Shown here in pieces: positions 56,563-64,000 of a stretch of DNA of 64,000 nt; position 1 is the first letter of the stretch, and every line of letters starts with the position of its first letter. The stretch comes from Spirochaetia bacterium (GTDB taxonomy: Bacteria > Spirochaetota > Spirochaetia > DSM-2461), in assembly GCA_963668315.1 (NCBI GenBank), contig OY764216.1, positions 2,976,001-3,040,000 of the forward strand, written 5' to 3'. The notes under the pieces are model-generated. The model was given only the letters and a program-made list of their open reading frames with translations, was not told the DNA's origin and did not search any database. The position numbers and the translations under genes are program-made.

Positions 56563-56599
56563 AAAAAGCCTCTGCCCCAGCGGGTATGAGGCTTTTTTT
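56563..56599 (+). terminator. Hairpin/terminator overlapping comEC start
   Basis: AAAAAGCCTC...GAGGCTTTTTTT. Confidence 0.65.
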
Positions 56600-57830
56600 C
56601 GTTATTATCCTGACTCAATTCCTTCTCCCCCTTTCGGGACACTCTTCCTATATTCCCTTTGCCCTGTATGACCGGGGAGAAGCCGTCCTGACAGAGGATA
56701 TCTTCCCCGGAAGCCGGAAAACACGGATCCGCTGTTTTGCATTGGGGAAGGGGGAGGATATTCGCGGCGGAGCTGATTTTGTCTCCGAAATTTTTCTCCC
56801 CGAAATTAATGAACCCCATTATCGGGGTGAGATTATTAGCTTCCGTACGGAGGAGGGCGGAGGAAGGCGAAGACATATCCTCCTGTTCAGAAAAGGGGAG
56901 TATATGAATGGCCTGAACCGTATCCGGGGAGTGATACTGGAGAGGCTTGAAGAGACGTTTCTTTCCCTGGGATCTCCGGGAATGCTTCTTGAGGCACTTA
57001 TTCTGGGAAAGAAGTACGGAGCGGAATATATGAATGATCTTTTCCGGAACGCCGGTGTCAGCCATCTTCTCGCCCTGTCGGGACTTCATGTCGGACTCGT
57101 CGCCGGTGTTATCTATACCATTTTGAGGCTGTTCGTTCCCTCCCGTTACCGAAATTACGTGACCCTGCTTTTCCTCTCTTTCTATGCGTGGCTTGTGGGG
57201 TTGAATTACTCTTTTCTGCGAGCTGTGGTCATGTTCGGCCTTGTCTCCCTTCTGAAACCGTGGGGAATCAAGCTGTCCCCGCTGAAGCTGCTTCTTTCTT
57301 CCGCGGTACTACAGTCCGTGCTATGGAGCGATTGTCTGACCTCCTGGTCTTTCTGGCTTTCCTATGGGGCCATGGGAGGGATCGTCCTTTTCAGCTCCTT
57401 CTGGCTGCCCCTGTGCAAAAGGATCCTTCCCGATCTGTGCGCCTATCCCCTGGGAGTTTCCCTGGCCGCCCAGACAGCTCTGGTCCCCCTGATTCTCCTG
57501 GGATTCGGAACATTCCGCCCGGCCGGTATTGCGGCAGGTCTTGTCATGACTCCCCTGATTACCTTCTATCTTACCGGCGGGATTGTTCTGCTTCCTCTTC
57601 TCCTGGCGTTCCCGGCCTTTGCCGGGATCTGTTACATACCCTTCCAGGCCGTATACGGAGTGTTGGAAGAAATCAGTCTCATATTCGGACGGTTTCCCTG
57701 CTTTGAATTGTCAAGGCCGTCGGGAAAGATCTTATTATTCCTGTCGATATCTGCTATACTAGGTCTATTAAGTCTATTAATTATAAAGGAAATACAATTT
57801 GTCAGAAAGAATTCTCAAGCTGAATTATGA
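56586..57830 (+). CDS. comEC: ComEC/Rec2 competence membrane domain protein
   Basis: ALILG, FR.AG.SHLLALSGLH, S.LRA..M, SFWLS. Confidence 0.85.
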   Translation: MRLFFVIILTQFLLPLSGHSSYIPFALYDRGEAVLTEDIFPGSRKTRIRCFALGKGEDIRGGADFVSEIFLPEINEPHYRGEIISFRTEEGGGRRRHILLFRKGEYMNGLNRIRGVILERLEETFLSLGSPGMLLEALILGKKYGAEYMNDLFRNAGVSHLLALSGLHVGLVAGVIYTILRLFVPSRYRNYVTLLFLSFYAWLVGLNYSFLRAVVMFGLVSLLKPWGIKLSPLKLLLSSAVLQSVLWSDCLTSWSFWLSYGAMGGIVLFSSFWLPLCKRILPDLCAYPLGVSLAAQTALVPLILLGFGTFRPAGIAAGLVMTPLITFYLTGGIVLLPLLLAFPAFAGICYIPFQAVYGVLEEISLIFGRFPCFELSRPSGKILLFLSISAILGLLSLLIIKEIQFVRKNSQAEL

Positions 57831-58686
57831 CTCCCCCTCGGAAATCAAAGCTCTTCTGGAAATGATGGGGCTCGGTCCCCGGAAAAGATGGGGACAGAAT
57901 TTTCTGATTAACAGCGGTGCCAGGGAAAGAATCGTAAACTGGCTCGATGTAGAGCCGGATCAGATCATCTGGGAGATAGGTCCGGGCCTGGGAGCTCTGA
58001 CATCAATTCTGGTGACGAAAACATCCCGGCTGACTCTCTTTGAAATTGACCCCGGCTACTGCGAATATCTCTCCATGGCATATAAAGAGGAGAATCCGCA
58101 GATTATTCCCGGAGATGTTATGAAAACCTGGCAGAATCAGTATGAGGTGGAGGCACCCGATCGGATTATCGGGAATCTACCTTATAACGCGGCTTCAGCC
58201 ATTATCTCTTCCTTTATAGAAAATGATAAGACGGCGGGCAAAATGGTTTTTACCGTTCAGTCGGAAATGGGCGACAGAATGAAAGCACGGGTCGGAACGA
58301 AAAATTACTCATCCTTTTCCATACTGTGTCAGTTCGGCTGCCAGATAAAAGACAGGGGAGTACTGAGTGCCGGCTCCTTCTATCCGGCTCCTCGGGTCGC
58401 CTCGAGAGTCATGGAGATGGTCCCCCTGGACAGATCGGGTCAAATCGCTGACAGGAAACTTTTTTTTACGCTGGTCAGGGCTATGTTTCAGTCAAGACGA
58501 AAGACCCTGAAGAACAATATAAATACCGCCTGTTCAGCGCGATTCAGCAACTATCCCAAGGAACAGTTGTATCAGGCATTTCTCGATGAGGGGATTCCCC
58601 TGGAAACGAGACCGGAAAGGGTGGAAGTGGAACAGTTCATTGCTGTCGCCAACAGACTCGTATCCCCCCTCTCCTCTGCGCAATAA
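57799..58686 (+). CDS. rsmA: 16S rRNA dimethyladenosine transferase
   Basis: WGQNFL, EIGPGLG, GNLPYN, FYPAP.V.S, RRKTL.N. Confidence 0.95.
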   Translation: MSERILKLNYDSPSEIKALLEMMGLGPRKRWGQNFLINSGARERIVNWLDVEPDQIIWEIGPGLGALTSILVTKTSRLTLFEIDPGYCEYLSMAYKEENPQIIPGDVMKTWQNQYEVEAPDRIIGNLPYNAASAIISSFIENDKTAGKMVFTVQSEMGDRMKARVGTKNYSSFSILCQFGCQIKDRGVLSAGSFYPAPRVASRVMEMVPLDRSGQIADRKLFFTLVRAMFQSRRKTLKNNINTACSARFSNYPKEQLYQAFLDEGIPLETRPERVEVEQFIAVANRLVSPLSSAQ

Positions 58687-58734
58687 GAGCCTGATCGGGT
58701 TGAGTAAAATCGGGAAATCGGATATTTTCTAATT

Positions 58735-59406
58735 ATGATAGTCTTCTTACTTTTTTCGGTACCCTGCTGGCTTTTATTTCTTAATTCTTTCTTTCAAAAT
58801 GAAGGGATAAGAAAAAGGGATTACTTTATTCCCCTTGGAAAGGGAGCCGTGTATTACGTGGTGGCTCTTCTTGTGTCCTGGTTTGTTTCCGATAAACTGG
58901 TTTTGGGACAGGTTACCCCGATGGGGGTATTCCTATATAATTTCCGTTATTACGGAGGTATGTCCTCCTCTCTGTGGGTCATTATCTATTTTCTCAGCGT
59001 GCTGATTTCGCGGAAAGGTTCTGACGACTATCGGTTAAGAGAGATTATCCTCATGCTGAGCGCCGGTTTTTTCGGGGAGTCCCTTTACCGTACCGTAATA
59101 AGCGAAAGCTGGTACGGGTGGTATGAACTTTTTTTCCTTCCCCTGGGGAATATAGGGATGATTATCCTGCTGGCCGTTATGCTGGTCCGTATGGATCACT
59201 TCTATCTTCCCGGAAAAATACTCCTTTTCTGTCTCTCTCTGATCACTATTTTTATTCATAATATTGTACCGGCGCTTTTTTCTTACAACAGGCCGCTTAT
59301 TGCCTCCATTATAGGTCTTGTCCTTTTTATCGGTTCTTTTTTCGTGTTTACAGCCGAACTGGGGGGGAATCTTCCGGGTGGTTCAGTAAAGTATTATAAA
59401 AAATAG
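58735..59406 (+). CDS. Hypothetical integral membrane protein
   Basis: About 7 hydrophobic segments; own promoter TTGAGT-N17-TATTTT. Confidence 0.7.
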   Translation: MIVFLLFSVPCWLLFLNSFFQNEGIRKRDYFIPLGKGAVYYVVALLVSWFVSDKLVLGQVTPMGVFLYNFRYYGGMSSSLWVIIYFLSVLISRKGSDDYRLREIILMLSAGFFGESLYRTVISESWYGWYELFFLPLGNIGMIILLAVMLVRMDHFYLPGKILLFCLSLITIFIHNIVPALFSYNRPLIASIIGLVLFIGSFFVFTAELGGNLPGGSVKYYKK

Positions 59407-59454
59407 GGCAGGGGTAAAAAAAATCCTTACGGGGGATGAATTAAAAAAAAACGT

Positions 59455-59483
59455 TTGACACTCTTACCCCTGAGAAATATAAT
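59455..59483 (+). promoter_or_regulatory. Consensus sigma70 promoter of flaA operon
   Basis: TTGACA-N17-TATAAT. Confidence 0.8.
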
Positions 59484-59533
59484 TCAACGTAAAGAGAGTA
59501 ATGTTTTCTTTTATATATGTGAAGGAGTTCAGA

Positions 59534-60364
59534 ATGAAACGACGCTATCGGCTGCTATTGGCTATGCTTTGCCTAATGATTCTGGCGACGGGATATATCT
59601 TTGCCGACGAATCCGTGTTGAATTATGAGTCGATTGTTATCGATACTTTCGATGGAGAGGGATCGGCTACCTATGCCGATGATGGAGCTCCCATCGTCTG
59701 GAAGGTTTTCGGGAGCAAGTTCTCCACGAGACCCGTACCCGATAACATTGATGATCCCGCAAACTTCCCCAGACAGACCTATGCTATGGATACCTGGCCC
59801 AACGACCTTTTCGGTGCATATCCCGAAGACAGGGAAAGCCTTGGTGTATTCGGTGTATGGACCAGGTTTGACAGAATGGGCAACAATCAGTATGAGATAG
59901 TCGCCGGAGAAGAAGTCGACGGTGAATGGGTTCAGAAACCGATTGAGCTTAACGGAAGAGTTAAAACGATAGACTGGTGGGTATGGGGCTCTAATTTCAA
60001 TTACTACATTGAGATTTATGTCATGGACCACAGAGGCTTCGAATATCAGCTGCTTCCTGTCAGAGTTGACAAGCTCACGGGAAAAAAGATCCAGTCCAAT
60101 CTGAATTATTCCGGTTGGCAGAACTTCTTCATTGACATTCCCAATTATATTGATCAGGAAGTGACCTATCAGCCCCGGAATGCCAATATGAAAATCACCA
60201 AGTTTGTTGTGTATACCGATCCCAGAGAGAAAGTTACCGATTCTTATCTTTATCTGGATCATCTTAAGATGTTGACTGACACCCACGAAAGCGTTTTCGA
60301 CGGTTATGAACTGAAGGAAGGCGCCAAAAGGGATGAAATCTGGGGAGCTCAGGATGAGGAGTAG
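59534..60364 (+). CDS. flaA: Flagellar filament outer layer (sheath) protein FlaA
   Basis: W...GSKF, FDR.G.N, WVWGSNFNY, L...GW, Y.D.LK.LTD; ATG 59534 after AAGGAG. Confidence 0.88.
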   Translation: MKRRYRLLLAMLCLMILATGYIFADESVLNYESIVIDTFDGEGSATYADDGAPIVWKVFGSKFSTRPVPDNIDDPANFPRQTYAMDTWPNDLFGAYPEDRESLGVFGVWTRFDRMGNNQYEIVAGEEVDGEWVQKPIELNGRVKTIDWWVWGSNFNYYIEIYVMDHRGFEYQLLPVRVDKLTGKKIQSNLNYSGWQNFFIDIPNYIDQEVTYQPRNANMKITKFVVYTDPREKVTDSYLYLDHLKMLTDTHESVFDGYELKEGAKRDEIWGAQDEE

Positions 60365-60368
60365 TCTG

Positions 60369-61100
60369 ATGAATAAAAAAATCCTGCTAACTGTTTCGAT
60401 TTTGGTTCTGGCCCTTTCCTTTGCTGCCGCTCAGGTAAACGGTCCGGATCCCACAAAAACCGGTGTCACTTCCGCTCAGCAGAAGCTCAAGGAAGTCTCG
60501 GTAAGCAAGTTTGAGAATGCCGGATTCTGGTATGGTCTGTTTCCCCGGGATGACGGTTTGCTTTTCCTCCGTTCTTTCCCCGGAAATCCTCTGGATAAGG
60601 AAGCGCTTCCCGAAGAGGTTGAAGCGGGAATTGTCACTCTGGATCAGGACGGCATGATCATGGAAGGTGATAATTTCGTTCTCGGCGCCAAGGTGTATTT
60701 TTTCCACCGGGGTGTCATCAATTTCTCCATTAAGCCCGTACGGCCCCTTCCCATCGAAGGAATTACAAAGACCGTGTCGCTCTGGGTTTGCGGAAGAAAT
60801 ACCAACCACAGACTTGAAATCGTCATTACCGACCATTTCGGAAACGATGCTGTTATAGATATGGGCAAGCTCAATTTCATGGGATGGAAAAAGCTTACCA
60901 TTGCTGTTCCTCCCAATATTGTTCAGAGGGATTACCACTATAATAACAAGATGGGTGTAAGCGTCAGTGCATTTAATATCAAATGTGATCTGGACGATAC
61001 CTATGGTAACTATTACCTCTATCTCGATGATCTGAGAGCCGTTACGGACCTTTTTGCTGAAGCAAACCGCGACGCCGACGACATGGTAGACAGCTGGTAG
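60369..61100 (+). CDS. flaA: Flagellar filament outer layer protein FlaA, second paralog
   Basis: QQKLKEVSV.KFE, PLPIEGITKTVS.WV.GRN, LNF.GWK, DDLRAVTDLF...RD.DDM.D.W. Confidence 0.9.
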   Translation: MNKKILLTVSILVLALSFAAAQVNGPDPTKTGVTSAQQKLKEVSVSKFENAGFWYGLFPRDDGLLFLRSFPGNPLDKEALPEEVEAGIVTLDQDGMIMEGDNFVLGAKVYFFHRGVINFSIKPVRPLPIEGITKTVSLWVCGRNTNHRLEIVITDHFGNDAVIDMGKLNFMGWKKLTIAVPPNIVQRDYHYNNKMGVSVSAFNIKCDLDDTYGNYYLYLDDLRAVTDLFAEANRDADDMVDSW

Positions 61101-61101
61101 G

Positions 61102-61133
61102 AAAGGACCCGTCTCCGGACGGGTTTTTTTTTT
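61102..61133 (+). terminator. Terminator of flaA operon
   Basis: ACCCGTC-TCCG-GACGGGT plus long T tract. Confidence 0.85.
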
Positions 61134-61150
61134 GCCCGAAACTTTATCCT

Positions 61151-62323
61151 ATGGATGATAAGCTTAAAGAATTATCAGAAATCGAGCTTTTTTCCGGTCT
61201 GTCAAAGGAAGATTTATCTTATGTTTCCGAGTTCTGCCTTACCAGAACATTCCGGAAAGGTAATGTCCTTTTTTATGAAGGCGAAGAAGCGGATTGCCTC
61301 TATGTGATTGTGGAAGGCCAGGTGGAAATATGGTCTGATTTCCGGGAAAAGGAGAGGGATCTTCTGGCAATCAGCAAGGAGAAGTGTATTGTCGGTGAGA
61401 TGGCCCTGATTGACAGTCTGCCGAGAAGCGCAACCCTGATTGCCGCCTCTGAAGTCCGGACCTATTACATAGACAGGGGCAGCTATGAGAAAATCATTCT
61501 CAATTGTCCCAGTATCGCTGTCATTCTTATGAAATCTCTATCTAAAATCGTACGGAACAGTAATCAGAGTTATGTTACGACCTTGAGAGAACAAAATAGG
61601 AAAATAGAAACCACCTATAAAGAACTGATTGCCACACAGGAGAAGCTTCATCAGGAAGAAAAGCTGGCCACCATTGGCCAGTTCTCTTCTATGATACTCC
61701 ATGATATACGAAATCCCGTTTCAGTAATAAAAAGCTATTCCGAACTTGCCCTTAAAAAATACGGGGCTGAAATGGATGATAATCTGATTAAGTACTTTTC
61801 CCATATTATAGGAGAGACCAAGAAGCTTAATTTTCTTGCCGCCGATCTGCTGGATTTTTCCAAAGGTCAGATTACCCTGAATTTTTCCATAATTGAGGTT
61901 ACTTCATTTATCAGAACAATTCTGAAAGATCAGATGCCGGCGCTAAATGCCAAGAGTATAAAAGTAAAACTTGACTGCCGCTATAAGGGCGTGGCGCTCA
62001 TCGATGGGGAAAGATTTGAAAGGGTGATTATTAATCTGATCACGAATGCCAGAAAAGCGGTTGCCCCGGGAGGTTCCATTGAGATTCAGACCTGGGAAGA
62101 TAAGGATATACTGCATATGGTCTTTCTGGATAATGGATCAGGAATGTCCCGGGAAACTCTGAACCATCTGTTTGAACCGTTCTATTCCAAAAGCGACAGG
62201 GGAACGGGACTGGGTATGATCATCATTAAAAATATCGTGGAAGTTCATGACGGTTCTGTTTCTGTCAAGAGCCGCGAGGGAGAAGGGACGAAGGTCCATC
62301 TTACTCTTCCTTTGACCCATTAG
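61151..62323 (+). CDS. Cytoplasmic cNMP-binding histidine kinase
   Basis: LYVIVEG.V, GEMALID..PRSAT; H-box HDIRNP; NLITNA; DNGSG; GTGLG. Confidence 0.9.
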   Translation: MDDKLKELSEIELFSGLSKEDLSYVSEFCLTRTFRKGNVLFYEGEEADCLYVIVEGQVEIWSDFREKERDLLAISKEKCIVGEMALIDSLPRSATLIAASEVRTYYIDRGSYEKIILNCPSIAVILMKSLSKIVRNSNQSYVTTLREQNRKIETTYKELIATQEKLHQEEKLATIGQFSSMILHDIRNPVSVIKSYSELALKKYGAEMDDNLIKYFSHIIGETKKLNFLAADLLDFSKGQITLNFSIIEVTSFIRTILKDQMPALNAKSIKVKLDCRYKGVALIDGERFERVIINLITNARKAVAPGGSIEIQTWEDKDILHMVFLDNGSGMSRETLNHLFEPFYSKSDRGTGLGMIIIKNIVEVHDGSVSVKSREGEGTKVHLTLPLTH

Positions 62324-63135
62324 TTTTTCATGGCTTCGAGAAAAAGCTTCTGAAAATTTATCCGGGTATTGTCCGTTAGTTCTTCCGGTGTTTCCTGTCG
62401 CAATTCTGCAAGGAAATCTAAGGTATAACCGATCTGTCCCGTATGGTTCGTTCTCCCTCTTCGCTGTTGTGGAGAAAGATAGGGGGCATCCGTTTCAACG
62501 AGAATACGGTCTTTCGGTGTATATTGGGCCGCTTCCTGAATATTGAGGGCGCTTTTGTATGTGACATTACCGGCAAAGGAGAGGTAAAAACCCCTATCCA
62601 GTATTTTTCCGGCATAGGATCGGTCTGAGGAAAAACAGTGCATTACTCCGCCTTTTGGCAGGGAATAGCAGTTTAACATATCCAGACAGTCGCGGTCCGC
62701 CTCCCTATTGTGGATGATGACGGGGAGGTTTTCTTCACAAGCCAGTTCCAGCATGGCGGCGAAAAAATCCTTCTGCACTGCCGGTTCGATATCCTTCCAG
62801 TAATAATCCAGTCCGATTTCTCCGACGGCTATGACTTTCTCATGGCGGCACTGATTTCTGAGAATCTCCCGTCGGTCGGTAAGATTTCCCCCCGCATCTT
62901 CAGGATGTATACCTGCTGAGAAATAGAGTCCCTCATAAAGTGATGAGAGGGCAAGCCTTTCGCTGAAATCAGTCTCTTTTACGCCGGCATCCAGAATCCA
63001 GGAAAAGTCGCGGGAAGATAAATATTCAAAAAGCTCATTCAGATCGATACCTTTCTCTTTCATATGAAGAAGGTGGGTATGGGAATCGGTAAGACCCTGA
63101 TAGACGTGATAGGGAGGGTATTTTTTTTTGCTCAT
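62320..63135 (-). CDS. tatD: TatD family hydrolase
   Basis: DSHTH, GIHP, GEIGLDY, IIHNR, MHCFS, VETDAPYL. Confidence 0.93.
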   Translation of the reverse strand: MSKKKYPPYHVYQGLTDSHTHLLHMKEKGIDLNELFEYLSSRDFSWILDAGVKETDFSERLALSSLYEGLYFSAGIHPEDAGGNLTDRREILRNQCRHEKVIAVGEIGLDYYWKDIEPAVQKDFFAAMLELACEENLPVIIHNREADRDCLDMLNCYSLPKGGVMHCFSSDRSYAGKILDRGFYLSFAGNVTYKSALNIQEAAQYTPKDRILVETDAPYLSPQQRRGRTNHTGQIGYTLDFLAELRQETPEELTDNTRINFQKLFLEAMKN

Positions 63136-63149
63136 AAAACCTCTGCGGT

Positions 63150-63182
63150 AAAAAAAAGGATCTGCCGGAGCAGACCCTTTTT
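63150..63182 (-). terminator. Terminator after fba
   Basis: AAAAAAAAGGATCTGC-CGGA-GCAGACCCTTTTT hairpin. Confidence 0.75.
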
Positions 63183-63197
63183 CTTATAGAAAAACGA

Positions 63198-64000
63198 TTA
63201 GGCTTTTCCTGCGGAACCAAGAACGTTTTTGTTCTTTTCCATATAAAGTTCTTTCAGAAGATCCCTGGCAGGACCGAGGTACTTACGGGGATCGAATTCA
63301 TCGGGTTTCTCTGCGAATACTTTTCTGATGGCAGCAGTCATGGCGATACGTCCGTCAGAGTCGATATTGATTTTACAGACTGCGGAGGAAGCAGCCTTTC
63401 TGAGCTGTTCTTCGGGGATACCGACGGAATCCTTCATAGCGCCGCCGAACTTATTGATGGTGGCAACATGTTCCTGGGGAACGGAAGAGGAACCGTGGAG
63501 AACGATGGGGAATCCGGGGATTCTTTTTTCGATCTCTTCGAGGATGTCAAAACGAAGGGGAGGGGGAATAAGGATACCGTCAGCGTTTCTGGTACACTGG
63601 GCGGGGGTGAACTTATTGGCTCCGTGGCTGGTTCCAATGGAGATAGCCAGAGAATCAACTCCGGTCTTCTTTACGAAGTCTTCCACTTCTTCGGGGCGGG
63701 TATAGGTGGATTTATCGGCGACAACGTCGTCTTCAACACCGGCCAGAACTCCCAGCTCGCCTTCAACGGTTACGCCGTGGGCATGGGCATAGTCACAGAC
63801 TTTTTTCGTCAGGGCTACATTTTCTTCGTAGGAGTGATGGGAACCGTCGATCATAACGGAGGAAAAACCGTTGTCGATACAATCTTTACAGAGCTCGAAG
63901 GTATCACCGTGGTCCAGGTGAAGAACGATGGGAATTTCGTAACCCAGTTCTTTCACATACTCTACAGCACCTTTTGCCATGTTTCTCAGCAGGGTTGCAT
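63198..64000 (-). CDS. fba: Class II fructose-bisphosphate aldolase, 5' end outside window
   Basis: LHLDHG, SVMIDGS, EGELG, GTSHG, VLHGSS, KINIDSD, DPRKYL. Confidence 0.95.
   Translation of the reverse strand, partial: ATLLRNMAKGAVEYVKELGYEIPIVLHLDHGDTFELCKDCIDNGFSSVMIDGSHHSYEENVALTKKVCDYAHAHGVTVEGELGVLAGVEDDVVADKSTYTRPEEVEDFVKKTGVDSLAISIGTSHGANKFTPAQCTRNADGILIPPPLRFDILEEIEKRIPGFPIVLHGSSSVPQEHVATINKFGGAMKDSVGIPEEQLRKAASSAVCKINIDSDGRIAMTAAIRKVFAEKPDEFDPRKYLGPARDLLKELYMEKNKNVLGSAGKA

Overview
Mostly core-genome window from a spirochaete (two tandem flaA sheath genes, spirochaete-type ECF sigma operon, Bat operon, PilZ proteins). It holds about 52 CDS, tRNA-Val(TAC) and a tRNA with CAT anticodon; there is no rRNA, CRISPR array or prophage. 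Main blocks in order: (1) flavinylated fumarate-reductase-type lipoprotein, CitA/CitB-type two-component system, a second flavoenzyme paralog and a NusG-II / Gx-transporter / EcfT-like trio; (2) small metabolic genes and larA; (3) tyrS and a GNAT-histidine kinase fusion; (4) a sugar/hydroxy-acid catabolic pair and its GntR regulator, split by a 1.2-kb IS1-like element; (5) cysS, an ECF sigma operon, dapL, moxR-bat, dsbD; (6) signalling genes, a SET protein, comEC-rsmA, flaA-flaA, tatD, fba. The best signal is absent from the ORF track: a 23-codon leader peptide with five consecutive Tyr codons (12800-12871) plus mutually exclusive antiterminator and terminator hairpins in front of tyrS, i.e. 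an apparent ribosome-mediated tyrosine attenuator. Other notable items: an IS with TGT...ACA ends inside TTAA, a possible flavoenzyme co-sensor system, and several leaderless genes. All product calls come from motif recognition by eye; no database searches were run.
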